From a virus (Duplodnaviria > Caudoviricetes), in the IMG/VR virus record IMGVR_UViG_3300033148_004729, positions 1-60,437 of that record: DNA of 60,437 bases; one strand, 5' to 3'. The notes beneath the pieces were generated by a model. That model was not told the origin of the DNA. It searched no databases and was given only the letters and a program-made list of their open reading frames with translations. The position numbers were made by a program, and so were the translations under genes. Position 1 is the first letter of the stretch, and every line of letters starts with the position of its first letter. Below, one piece after another: positions 1 through 9,796 of the stretch.

Positions 1-3000
1 TTCAGCACGAGGGCTGTAAGTGCCCCGGCCGGCGTGGCCCTTCGGAATCGCTTCGGCAAGGAGCCCGTCAAGTACGTTCCCCTGTCGCAGTTTTTCACTT
101 CCAGGCAGCGCAAGGACGGCGAGGACGATGATGCCATTTATGGCAGGCGTGCTCGACCACGTAAAAAGAAGAAGGGCGCCAAGGCGTCTGAGGGCCCCCA
201 GGGGCCCAAGCAGCCGGACACGGACGATGAGACCCGCAGGACGAAGAAGAGTCCCACAGAGGCCGTAGAGGCTCAGGATGGGGTATTCCTGACCGAGCCG
301 CTCGTTGAGGGGAAGATTTGCTGGATGAAGGGATGTTCCAGCCCGGCCACGAAGCAGATTGTGTGGGCTGATGGTCGCGCCATCTTTCCCGTCTGCGATG
401 CCTGCGTCGAGGCCGGCAAGAAGTACCTCAAGAAGAAGAACGGAAAGTGGGCCGAGATCGTTGCTGTCCAGTCCATCAAGGAGGCTGGAAGTGGGCAACC
501 TGTTGCCCACCTCGACGAGTCGGCGGCGCACGTCAAGTCCATCGCCTTGATGCGGTGGCTCTCCAGAGCGGCCAAGGAGCTTCGAGCCGACCAGCATATC
601 TACGTCGTCGGCGGTGCGGTCAGAAACTTCGTCATCGACAAGCCCATCAAGGACGTCGATGTGGTGCTCGACGCCGTGGCCCTCGGGCGCGGGCGCGACT
701 CGGCGTGGTTCGCCAAGCAGCTTCAGAAGCGCATCGGCGCCAGGTCGAAACTGGCAACCAACCAGTACGGGGTGGCCATCCTGACCGTCTCGGGCGACTG
801 GGAGGTCGATGGTCACAACCTCAAGGGCGAGGTCATCGAGATCGCCAACGCCAGGAGCGAGAGCTACGGCGGCGAGGTCGGCAAGGGGTACAAGCCCTCG
901 GACGTGCAGGTGGCGCCCATCGAGAAGGACGTCAAGCGGCGGGAGTTCACGTTCAACTGCATGGGCGGTGACACCCTCATCCCGACCGAGATGGGTATCC
1001 TCCGGATTGACAAGATCGCCGACCGGACCGATGGGGATCGACAATCCATCGAACTTCGGGTCGCCGGGCAGGACGGTCCGGCTGTTGCCGCCGGGTGGCA
1101 GTATAGTGGTCATACCGACACGCTTCGGGTCAAGACTGAGTGGGGGCACACATTCACCTGTACCTATCATCACCCGGTCTTGGTGCTGCGGGGTCACGAG
1201 CACGAATGGGTTCAGGCTGATCAACTCGAAGATAGTGACTTGCTCTGTGTCCCAGTGCGTCAGATGGTGCGCCAGGCCCCGTTGACACTTGACTTGTCCG
1301 ATCCGGTGCCGCCGAAACATGGTCGCCTCAAGGAGATCCGGAAGCCAGAGGTGATGACCCCGGAGCTTGCCTACGTCCTCGGATGTCTTGTGGCCGAAGG
1401 GTCCAACACGGCGAAGAGGGTGTCGTTCAGTAATTCGGACAACGCTTTCATCGCTCGCTACGCCGAGTGCTTTCAGGCTACGTTTGGGTTTGCGCCATCG
1501 CGAAATCAAGTGGTTGCAGAGGGCGACGTCCGGGTGCTGGATGGTGTCGAGTTTCGAGCGACTCGTGACGGGTTCGACATTTACGCGGACAGTCGGACCC
1601 TGGTGGGTTGGTTCGATGAGCTTGGGTTGTACTGTGGTGGCGCATGGGGCGGGAAGTCAGCCTCTCATCACAAGATAGTGCCGTGGTCGATTCTGGAGGC
1701 TGACGAGAAGAGTCAGGCTGCGTTCCTGGCCGCTTACCTGGAGGGTGACGGGTCGATCAGGCCGGACTCGGGGCGCATCACTTACTGTTCCGTTTCGCCG
1801 CATATCCGTCAGCAATTACAGGTACTCCTGGGTGCCCATGGGATACTGAGCAAGGTCAAGGGTCGATTCGTCTACGTCAATGCCGTGGATTCGGCGAAGC
1901 TGTGGTCGAAGATCGAAGCGTGGATGGTTACCAAGCGGTTCGACTACGACGGCGTGAGCTTCAAGTCGCGCAATCGTTACGGCGTCCAAAATGAGCATCT
2001 GGCGGGGTGGTTGAAGGGGCGGCGCGTCAGCGTGGGAAACAACACCGGGGCATCCATCTTTCGAACCGACGATGGTGACGAGGTGTCGCTGGCCGGGATG
2101 ACCGAAGCTCTTCGGCGTCCAAAGCGAATCCTTCACGATTCCGTGGCTCGTGGGGACTACGACACGTTCATGGTGGGGCTCAAGATGGTCAGCCCGACCG
2201 AGTACGCCAAAGTTCAACGGCTCCTTGATCTGGAATACCAGTATGTCGAGGTGGCCTCCGTGGAGAACGCAGGACAGCAGGACGTGTACGACTTGTCCAT
2301 GCACGAGGGAGTCGAGCCAGCTTTTGTAGCCAACGGGGTAATCGTCCACAATACGCTCATGTGGCGGCTGGCCGACCTGGCCAAGGGCCCCGACAAGGCC
2401 GAGATCATCGATCTGGCCGGCTGCGGCCTGAAAGACCTCAAGGCCAGGACCATGAGGTGTCCGTCGGACCCGGACAAGACCTTCTCGGACGACCCCACAA
2501 GGATGCTTCGGGCTATCAAGTTCATGAACAAGTACGGGTTCAAGATCAGCCCGGACACCGAGGCGTCCATCCGGCGCAACGCCAGCAAGCTTCGTAACGC
2601 CCCCTCGGCGGCCATCGCGAAGCTTCTCGTCGACGTCATCTTGAAGGAGCCGCGGACAGCGAAGAAGGCTCTCGGCGAGATGAAGCGGCTCGGGCTCCTC
2701 GACGTGGTGGCGCAGATGGCCCAGGACGACGCATCGTTTCGGGCGACCTTGAGCGGCTGGGCCAACGACCAGCGGGTGGCGCTCCTCTTCCACCTGCTCG
2801 ACCTGGGGCTCCCTCTCAAGACGAAGCTCGGGGCCTTCGAGCCAGCCGAGCAGAAGCGTATCCGGGTCGTGACGGCCACGATGCCGGATGCCGAGGCCTC
2901 AGAATACCTGGCTGCGCTCAAACAGCCTGGTCGGGCGTGGAAGGACAAGCTCTTCTTCGCGGCCATGGCGGCCGACTTGGGCGCAACGGGGAAGGGCATC

Positions 3001-3702
3001 GGTAAATTGGCGCAGCGCGTCAATGGCATTGCCAGGGACGCCATGCTGTCGGACCCCAAGCTCGTGGGCTCGCCAGAGAAGCTCAAGCGCATCATCCGGG
3101 ACGCCATCAAGGACTCGGGAGCCCGTTTTGAGGCCAAGACCCGCAAGTGCGAGTTCTGCCAGAGCCCGGCGACCCACGCCGTGCGAGCCCAGCCGACCGG
3201 CCTTGACGTGTGCGACGAGCACCTGAAGAGGGCTAAGGCACGACTTCGTAAGATGGGGTTCAGGGACTCGCGGATCTCGTCGCATAGGATGGCCACGGTC
3301 TACGGCGAGAGTCGCGAGAGGAGCAACTGCGACTTTGGCAGTAGCGCCTACTACGAATTCGTCAAGAAGAACCAATGCTTTAGGACCAGGGAGTTCGAGG
3401 AGTTCGTCACCGACCACAACAAGGCCGGTCGAGACAGCGGTGAGCTTCAGGACATCGCCATGCACGAGGTCGAACGCCTGGCGCGGGAGTTTGCGAAGAA
3501 GGTCGAGGGCATGACGACCACGGCGAACATCGCCACAACGCCGGTTCCGGTCGGCGCCGGGGATGGCCGCAAGTTCCTCGACTTCGGTCCTGGTCATCCA
3601 TTCCATGGGCGCGATTTCGGTGAGCCGAAGAAGAAGCGGAAGCGGAAGAAGAAGCGCCAGGGCTTGTCGCAACGGCTCTCTTACCTGCTTACCATCCCGT
3701 AG
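1..3702 (+). CDS. cca: CCA-adding tRNA nucleotidyltransferase (class II, PolyA_pol family) with an intein and N-/C-terminal Zn-finger-like extensions; frame open to the window edge, so the true start may lie upstream
   Basis: YVVGGAVRNF...PIKDVD (motif A), IEIANARSESY, DVKRREFTFN (RRDFTxN-like), GLKDL, FSDDPTRMLRAIKF; no stop codon in frame between positions 1 and 34. Confidence 0.9.
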   Translation, partial: FSTRAVSAPAGVALRNRFGKEPVKYVPLSQFFTSRQRKDGEDDDAIYGRRARPRKKKKGAKASEGPQGPKQPDTDDETRRTKKSPTEAVEAQDGVFLTEPLVEGKICWMKGCSSPATKQIVWADGRAIFPVCDACVEAGKKYLKKKNGKWAEIVAVQSIKEAGSGQPVAHLDESAAHVKSIALMRWLSRAAKELRADQHIYVVGGAVRNFVIDKPIKDVDVVLDAVALGRGRDSAWFAKQLQKRIGARSKLATNQYGVAILTVSGDWEVDGHNLKGEVIEIANARSESYGGEVGKGYKPSDVQVAPIEKDVKRREFTFNCMGGDTLIPTEMGILRIDKIADRTDGDRQSIELRVAGQDGPAVAAGWQYSGHTDTLRVKTEWGHTFTCTYHHPVLVLRGHEHEWVQADQLEDSDLLCVPVRQMVRQAPLTLDLSDPVPPKHGRLKEIRKPEVMTPELAYVLGCLVAEGSNTAKRVSFSNSDNAFIARYAECFQATFGFAPSRNQVVAEGDVRVLDGVEFRATRDGFDIYADSRTLVGWFDELGLYCGGAWGGKSASHHKIVPWSILEADEKSQAAFLAAYLEGDGSIRPDSGRITYCSVSPHIRQQLQVLLGAHGILSKVKGRFVYVNAVDSAKLWSKIEAWMVTKRFDYDGVSFKSRNRYGVQNEHLAGWLKGRRVSVGNNTGASIFRTDDGDEVSLAGMTEALRRPKRILHDSVARGDYDTFMVGLKMVSPTEYAKVQRLLDLEYQYVEVASVENAGQQDVYDLSMHEGVEPAFVANGVIVHNTLMWRLADLAKGPDKAEIIDLAGCGLKDLKARTMRCPSDPDKTFSDDPTRMLRAIKFMNKYGFKISPDTEASIRRNASKLRNAPSAAIAKLLVDVILKEPRTAKKALGEMKRLGLLDVVAQMAQDDASFRATLSGWANDQRVALLFHLLDLGLPLKTKLGAFEPAEQKRIRVVTATMPDAEASEYLAALKQPGRAWKDKLFFAAMAADLGATGKGIGKLAQRVNGIARDAMLSDPKLVGSPEKLKRIIRDAIKDSGARFEAKTRKCEFCQSPATHAVRAQPTGLDVCDEHLKRAKARLRKMGFRDSRISSHRMATVYGESRERSNCDFGSSAYYEFVKKNQCFRTREFEEFVTDHNKAGRDSGELQDIAMHEVERLAREFAKKVEGMTTTANIATTPVPVGAGDGRKFLDFGPGHPFHGRDFGEPKKKRKRKKKRQGLSQRLSYLLTIP
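958..2352 (+). mobile_element. Intein (465 aa) with LAGLIDADG homing endonuclease
   Basis: Starts CMGGDTLI, block B FTCTYHHPVL, LAYVLGCLVAEG and FLAAYLEGDG motifs, VYDLS, ends VANGVIVHN followed by T(+1); removal restores RREFTFN-TLM. Confidence 0.95.
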
Positions 3703-3803
3703 CAACTGCCAGATGTGAGTGGTAGTATTGCCTCCAACCTCGTGGTGAGGAGTGGTGCTCTTGTATTGTCAGGGGCATCGTAGAAGGAGGAGGAGAAGGA
3801 GAG

Positions 3804-4795
3804 ATGGACCAAATTACCCCTGAAGCTACCACCAGCACGGATGCTCCCACGCAAGCCCTTGGAACGTCGACGACAAGGCCAGGTCGTCACAGCAAGGCGG
3901 AATCCTCGATACGTCGGATGAGAGCTACAAGCCGGTCACCGAGGCTTCACCAGAGCGTGGAATCTATGGAATTGTTGGCGGGTACGTCGACGACAACGGC
4001 GTTCTGCACAACGAGGTCGAGCTTGAGGCCATGGGTGGTGACGAGGAAGACCTCCTCGGCAACGAGTCTGTTCCGTTCATGAAGCGGATGGATTCAATCA
4101 TGGCCTCCTGCACGAAGAGGATTGGCACCATCACGGACGCGGCCGGGATCCACCGGGCCATCCGGGAGATGCCATCGGGTTCGAAGACTCATCTCTTCAT
4201 ATGTCTGCGGATCACTTCTCATCACAAGACTCAGAAGGACGTGTACGAGATGGAAGTCCGCTGCCCGGACAAGATCCAGTGCGGCAAGATCGGGTACTAC
4301 AAGGTCAGCCTGCTCGACCTCGACCTCTTTCAGCCTGAGGATCCGACGGAGTTGGTCCACGAAATCGAGCTTCCGTACGCCGAGTGCAAGGCGAAGTGGA
4401 AGACGCTCACGGGCAAGGAGGACCACATCCTCACGCTCCTGACAGAAGCGAGCCAGCCCGAGCAGTTGAGTTTCGCCATCCTTGTGCGTCTGGTTGAGCT
4501 TGATGGTGAGCACGTCGAGCTTGCGATGACTGAATGCCTGTCCGGCGACGGCAAAAAGGTGAAGCTCAACAAAAAAGCCACCAACTTGCTGAGGAAGGTC
4601 AAGGCAATGAAGGCCGGAGACCGCGACTTGTTCCGTGGCGACTTCATGGACAAAGAGGCTGGAATCGAGACGGATATTGACGTGACGTGCTCCCATTGCA
4701 ACATGGACTTCATGGCACGGCTCAACGTGGCTCAGGAGGCGTTCTTTTTCCCTCAGGTAACCTCGCGGCGCTCGAAGAGGAGACGCTCTACTTGA
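3804..4795 (+). CDS. Tail assembly chaperone / T4 gp26-like baseplate hub assembly protein; apparent frameshift near 3860
   Basis: Strong SD and ATG at 3804; the frame of ORF 4031 is open from 3824 and reads GGYVDDNGVLHNEVELEAMGGDEEDLL; CPD..C and CSHC pairs; ends in FFFP; lies upstream of the tape measure gene. Confidence 0.75.
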
Positions 4796-4917
4796 TGGAT
4801 CGTCTTCACCTTGGCTATCGGGACGTCATGGAGATGCCCATCGGTCGGCGAAAGAGGTTCTGCGAGGAAATCGAGCACATAGATCGCGTGAGGTCGAAGA
4901 AGAAGCCTAAGAAGTAG
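4747..4917 (+). CDS. -1 frameshift extension of the tail chaperone (G/GT-like; T4 gp51-like segment)
   Basis: Slippery heptamer T TTC CCT at 4747-4753; -1 frame reads LEEETLYLMDRLHLGYRDVMEMPIGRRKRF. Confidence 0.7.
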   Translation, partial: FPSGNLAALEEETLYLMDRLHLGYRDVMEMPIGRRKRFCEEIEHIDRVRSKKKPKK

Positions 4918-4954
4918 GTACGGCGGCATAGTGGGTGGCGGGGAGGTCGGGTAG

Positions 4955-5809
4955 ATGCCTGGCGGCGGGATGGGAAGGATGGGGGAGGTCGAGACGGGGG
5001 CCACGTTCGGGTCGTGGACCGTCCTTGACGTTTCCGGCGTCCAGCGCCGTGAAGCCTATTACGACTGCCGGTGCTCCTGCGGGACCGAAAAGCCTGTCGC
5101 TAAGTCGTCTCTCCTAAGTGGTGCGAGCACTCGATGCCGGCAGTGCTCCAACGCCAGCAACCAGAAGGCCACGGAAGCTCGTCGGCGGTCCATCAATCCG
5201 GGTGCGACCATCGGCTTGTGGACGGTCCTCGAAGAGGCCGAGGCACGGAGCGGCAACCTCTACATGCGGTGCCGGTGTGAGTGCGGGGCCGAGCACGAGG
5301 TGATGGCCTCGACACTGCGACGCGGAAAGTCGAAGAGTTGCGCGGCCTGCTCTCGGAAGATGAGCCGGAAGAAGAATCGCGAGATGACCTCGAAGCACGG
5401 CGGGGTCCAGGCTGAGTACCGAGCTTGGAGCCGAATGCGAGAGCGGTGCAGGAATCCCAACGAGAGGAGCTTCGAGCGGTACGGTGGCCGGGGCATCAAG
5501 GTCTGTGAGGAGTGGCAGGGCGAGGGTGGCTTCGAGCGGTTCATGGAACACATCGGACCTCGGCCGTCGGTCAAACACTCCCTGGAGCGCATCGACAACG
5601 ATGGCAACTACGAGTCCGGCAATGTGAAGTGGGCGACGAAGAAGGAGCAGCAGAGGAACACGAGACGAAATAGGCAGGTGACCATAGACGGGGTGACGAA
5701 GTGCGTGGCTGAATGGGCTGGAGAGTCCCAGGTTCCAGCCTCCATCATCTACAAAAGGTTGTATCGAGGATGGCCTCCTGAGAGGGCCGTATTCGAAGGG
5801 AGGATGTAG
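4955..5809 (+). CDS. HNH homing endonuclease
   Basis: Two G.WTV...CRC.CG repeats, YGGRGIKVCEEW, SLERIDNDGNYESGNVKWAT..EQQRN, C-terminal HTH-like segment. Confidence 0.9.
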   Translation: MPGGGMGRMGEVETGATFGSWTVLDVSGVQRREAYYDCRCSCGTEKPVAKSSLLSGASTRCRQCSNASNQKATEARRRSINPGATIGLWTVLEEAEARSGNLYMRCRCECGAEHEVMASTLRRGKSKSCAACSRKMSRKKNREMTSKHGGVQAEYRAWSRMRERCRNPNERSFERYGGRGIKVCEEWQGEGGFERFMEHIGPRPSVKHSLERIDNDGNYESGNVKWATKKEQQRNTRRNRQVTIDGVTKCVAEWAGESQVPASIIYKRLYRGWPPERAVFEGRM

Positions 5810-8800
5810 ATGCCAGGGGGAGGAATGGGGCGCATGATGGGCTTTGGCTTCCTCTTTGGAGCCAAAGACGATGGTGCGGTCCGTATGACCGAGGACATCT
5901 CGGGCGGCATGGGTCGCATGGTCGATGCCACTGAGCGTGTTGGTCGTGAGTCTGCTGGCATTGGTCGTCTCGGCAACTTCATCAACGCCCTCAACCTTCG
6001 GCAGTTGTCTCGTGTTGGCGATGCCATGGAGAACCTCGCCAGCAGGGCTGGAGCCTTGGCAGGCGAGGTTTCTTCGACCTCGATGGAGTCCTTTGGGGCT
6101 GAGTACGCACAAACCTTCAGGGCGGCTACTGCGGGCATGGGTGAGTACGGGGCCGAGGTCGAGTCTGTCAGGGGTGAGATCGGGAGCCTCGCGTTCAACC
6201 TCGGCATCGGAGCCGACGAGATGTTGAGCTACGCCACCACGGTGGCGCGGAGCGGCATGAGCCTCGACGACTTCGGCATTGACATGAGGTCGGTCGCCGG
6301 TTCCATCCAGGCCAACATTCTCTCCGGCGAGCAGCTTGCCGGAGTCCTGACAGGTCTTGCGCGCGGGTATGATCTCGGGGCTGAAGGGGCTACGAGGATT
6401 CTCGACACCATCACGGCAGTCGGTGAGCAATTCGGTGTTGGGGCAGACGCGGCCAGGGCCCTTCCAGAGGTCATGCAGGCCGTTGACGCTGCTGCGGCAC
6501 GCTTCCCGTCCATCGGCGAGAATGTCGATGTTGCCGTTGAGTCCATCACACGACTCGGAATCGCCCAGCAGCGACGCCTTGGGGGCACCTTCCAGGAAGG
6601 CATTTCGTCGGCCATCAACGTCTTCAACGAGCTTGCCGGTACGCGGCGGGAGATGGAGGGCCTGTTCACGGGCTTGAATGATCAGTTCCCGGAGCTTGCT
6701 TCCGAGATTGCGAGGGCCACCGGCAACGTCAGCTTGAGTTTTGACGCCATCATGCAGGACCCGGCCAGGTTCGCTGGGACCATCGCCAGCATGTTCCGGA
6801 GCATGGACCAGGGGAGTCCGGCGGCGTCCAGGCTTCGGGCCGTCCTCGAACAGATGGGGCCTGAGTTCATGTTCCTCGTGCAGGGTGGCGAGGAGTCGGC
6901 TCAAGCTCTCGAAGCTGCCATGGGTTCTGTTGAGGGGGTCGAGGGGGCTTTCAACAGTATGAGTCGGTCTGCGGGTGGGGCGACTCGTACCTTCGCCGAG
7001 TCCATGGAGCTTGTTGAGGAGAGCTTCCGACACCGGCTCGACCGGATGGCGAGGCGCCACTACCCAAACTTCGAGCGTGACGTCCTTCAGCGACAACGGC
7101 GTGCCTACCAGATGATCGGCGATACCATCGCCAGCGTGGCCGGCAGGAGCGGTCCGGTAGGGATGCTCACGAGGTCGATGATTGCATTCCGCCGCGGTGG
7201 TTTCACCGGTCTCGTCGAGGGGTTGTCCAGGGAGACCCGTGGGATGGGGCGGCGATTCGTCGAGGCCGCTGGTGAGGCGAGTCCTGCTCTCGGGGCTATT
7301 GCTCAGGGGTTTGTCGGGCTTGGGGAGAGGGCTCGGGACGCCATGCCGTTCTTGGACGGCGCGGGTGAGATGATCTTTGACATGGCCGGGCAGGCGCTTC
7401 CGACTGCAACTGCGATGGGTGCCCTTGGCCTAAATTTCGAGACCGTTGGACGGGGAGCCCGTGGCGCCGCAAGTGGTATCGGCAGGGTTGTGATGGCCCT
7501 TGGTCCGCTTGCCATCGTTGTCGCTATCGCGGCAGGTGTCTACTTGCTGGTCAGGAATTTTGACCGGGTTCGGGCGTCGCTGTTGAGCGCCGGTGAGAGC
7601 ATCAGGGACTTCGGTGCCAACTTCCTCGATTGGGCAACCAACATTGACTGGGCGACCCTCGGTCAGCGCATTGTTGCTGGTATCGTGTCGATCTTCACGG
7701 GTGCTGGGTCGAGGCTCACAGGGATGGCCGAGGATGCCACCGGGGCCGTCTTGGACCCCGTGTGGGTGCAGATGGGCAGGAACATCCGAGACGGCATCAG
7801 AGACGTCTTCCTTGGCATCATGCACGCCGTTCCAGGGTTGGCCAGAGGCATCTGGACTGGCATCCAAAATCTGTTCTCGGACCCCGAGGCGTTGCGCCAG
7901 GCCATCACGGACAACATCGCATCCATAGGCGAGTTCCTCGGGCCGGCGTTTGAGAGTGCTTTCAGCACACTCGGTGACATCGGTGGGAGGATCTGGGGGT
8001 TCCTCTTCGAGAGGTTCAACATCGGGCCCATCACTGAGGCCATCCAGCAGGGAGACTGGGGTCGAGCCATCTTCGAAGGCATCATCGGCGCGACCGGCGC
8101 TGGTTTTGTCAGGCGGATCTGGGCGCATCTCTTCGGCGAGGAGGCTGTCTCCGAGGGTCTCAGCGGCATTGCAGGGGTCTTCGGCGAGATAGGCACTGGC
8201 ATCTGGGACTCCATGACGACTTGGGTGGAGCTTGCGAGGCCCATCTGGAACGAGTTCATGGGTGCCTTCAGCGAAATCCAAGGTGTCTTCGAGGAGTTGT
8301 GGAGAGACACCATTCAACCGTTGTTTGGCGAGATTTACAACGAGATCGTGCCGTTCATCGAGGAGCTTTTCGGTATTCAGATTGCCGTTGGTGGCGTTGG
8401 TGAAGGGTTCGAGGGTGTACAGGGTGCGGTGAGGGGCTTCTTCGAGAACGTCCAGCGAGGGTGGCGGGTCATGCAGCCCTTCATTATGGAGTTCGTCCGG
8501 AGGATGTTGCCGCGAATCGTTGAAGGTGTAAGGAACTGGGCACGAGGTGTCAGGGTCGTCATCGGGGTGATGCGGAGGGTCTGGCGTGTGGTGGGACCTG
8601 TTTTGCTCAACATCGTGCGCGGGTTCCGCGTGATGATTGAAACTGCTTGGGAGTTTTGGCAGGAGACCTTGAGGCCTGTCCTTCAGCGTATTTTCCGTAC
8701 ATTCCGGCGTGTCTTTGTGCGGTATATTCTTCCGACGGTTCGTCGGGTGTTTACGACTCTCGGTAGAGTCATCAGAGTGTGGTGGCGCCGTCGGGTGAGG

Positions 8801-9784
8801 CCGATCCTTAGTGCGTTGTGGGATCGGTTCAGCAGGACGTTCAGTTTTATCGTTCGGACAGGCCGGACTGTCTTCAACTACCTCCAGCGGCACATCACCA
8901 ACCGCATTCGTCAGGCGGCGATGGTCTTCCAGGTGCTCGGGGAGAGGTGGAGGGCCACGAAGGAAGTGCTCAGGGCTGGGTTCCGTGTCATTGCTGCTGA
9001 GGTCAACAGGTGGCTGGTCGTGCCGTTTTTGCGGCTTCAGGGCACCTTGGTTGGCATGGCCGACATCATCAGGCTTGCTTTCCTGAGGGTCAAGATGGGC
9101 GTCATGGATATGATGCTCAGTATCGTACAGGGCTTTCAGACGTTTTTGCGGAACATCACTGGAGTCGGACCGACCTTGGCCAGAGCCTTGGACCCTGCTG
9201 TGACGGCGATTCAACAGCGCATCACGACAATCGGAGGCGCGACCGGAGAAGGCGGCGAGATTGGCCAATTCATGGCCAGGACTGAACGAGAAAGATTGTC
9301 GCGTCAGGGTCAAATTGACGAGGCCAACACGAGGGCTGACAGCGCCAGGGAGGCGGCGGCGGCGGCCGAGGTCACGAGGCAACAGGTCGAGCGAGAGGCT
9401 CGTGTCAGGATGGCTCACGCGGAGCGTATGGCAAGCGCAGCCCCGGAGCCACCGACGAGAGCCACGGGTGCGCCCACGCGCGCAAGAGGGGTTGCGGCAC
9501 CTGCTGCTGTGGCTGCTGCTGGCGTTCCAGAGGTCATGGCAGGCCCAAGGAGGGGGGAGGAGTCGGAGCCCGGAGTGGCAACTTCTAGGCGCAGAGAGGC
9601 CGAGGAGGAGCGAAGGACGAGGGAAACAGAGGATCTTGCTGATGCCATTGCCATCAGTGAGTTCGGCAGCCAGGCCATCGGGCAGATGCGGGATGCGGTG
9701 CAGGAGGCTATTCAGAGGTCCAGGCGAACGACGCCACCACCTCGACGGCGAGGCGGGGAAAGGGTCCTGACGACAGACCCGTAG
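5810..9784 (+). CDS. Tail tape measure protein
   Basis: 1324 aa, Ala/Gly-rich helical sequence with W/F-spaced repeats and a hydrophobic segment; lies between the chaperone and LysM genes. Confidence 0.88.
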   Translation: MPGGGMGRMMGFGFLFGAKDDGAVRMTEDISGGMGRMVDATERVGRESAGIGRLGNFINALNLRQLSRVGDAMENLASRAGALAGEVSSTSMESFGAEYAQTFRAATAGMGEYGAEVESVRGEIGSLAFNLGIGADEMLSYATTVARSGMSLDDFGIDMRSVAGSIQANILSGEQLAGVLTGLARGYDLGAEGATRILDTITAVGEQFGVGADAARALPEVMQAVDAAAARFPSIGENVDVAVESITRLGIAQQRRLGGTFQEGISSAINVFNELAGTRREMEGLFTGLNDQFPELASEIARATGNVSLSFDAIMQDPARFAGTIASMFRSMDQGSPAASRLRAVLEQMGPEFMFLVQGGEESAQALEAAMGSVEGVEGAFNSMSRSAGGATRTFAESMELVEESFRHRLDRMARRHYPNFERDVLQRQRRAYQMIGDTIASVAGRSGPVGMLTRSMIAFRRGGFTGLVEGLSRETRGMGRRFVEAAGEASPALGAIAQGFVGLGERARDAMPFLDGAGEMIFDMAGQALPTATAMGALGLNFETVGRGARGAASGIGRVVMALGPLAIVVAIAAGVYLLVRNFDRVRASLLSAGESIRDFGANFLDWATNIDWATLGQRIVAGIVSIFTGAGSRLTGMAEDATGAVLDPVWVQMGRNIRDGIRDVFLGIMHAVPGLARGIWTGIQNLFSDPEALRQAITDNIASIGEFLGPAFESAFSTLGDIGGRIWGFLFERFNIGPITEAIQQGDWGRAIFEGIIGATGAGFVRRIWAHLFGEEAVSEGLSGIAGVFGEIGTGIWDSMTTWVELARPIWNEFMGAFSEIQGVFEELWRDTIQPLFGEIYNEIVPFIEELFGIQIAVGGVGEGFEGVQGAVRGFFENVQRGWRVMQPFIMEFVRRMLPRIVEGVRNWARGVRVVIGVMRRVWRVVGPVLLNIVRGFRVMIETAWEFWQETLRPVLQRIFRTFRRVFVRYILPTVRRVFTTLGRVIRVWWRRRVRPILSALWDRFSRTFSFIVRTGRTVFNYLQRHITNRIRQAAMVFQVLGERWRATKEVLRAGFRVIAAEVNRWLVVPFLRLQGTLVGMADIIRLAFLRVKMGVMDMMLSIVQGFQTFLRNITGVGPTLARALDPAVTAIQQRITTIGGATGEGGEIGQFMARTERERLSRQGQIDEANTRADSAREAAAAAEVTRQQVEREARVRMAHAERMASAAPEPPTRATGAPTRARGVAAPAAVAAAGVPEVMAGPRRGEESEPGVATSRRREAEEERRTRETEDLADAIAISEFGSQAIGQMRDAVQEAIQRSRRTTPPPRRRGGERVLTTDP

Positions 9785-9796
9785 GAGTAGAAGTGA

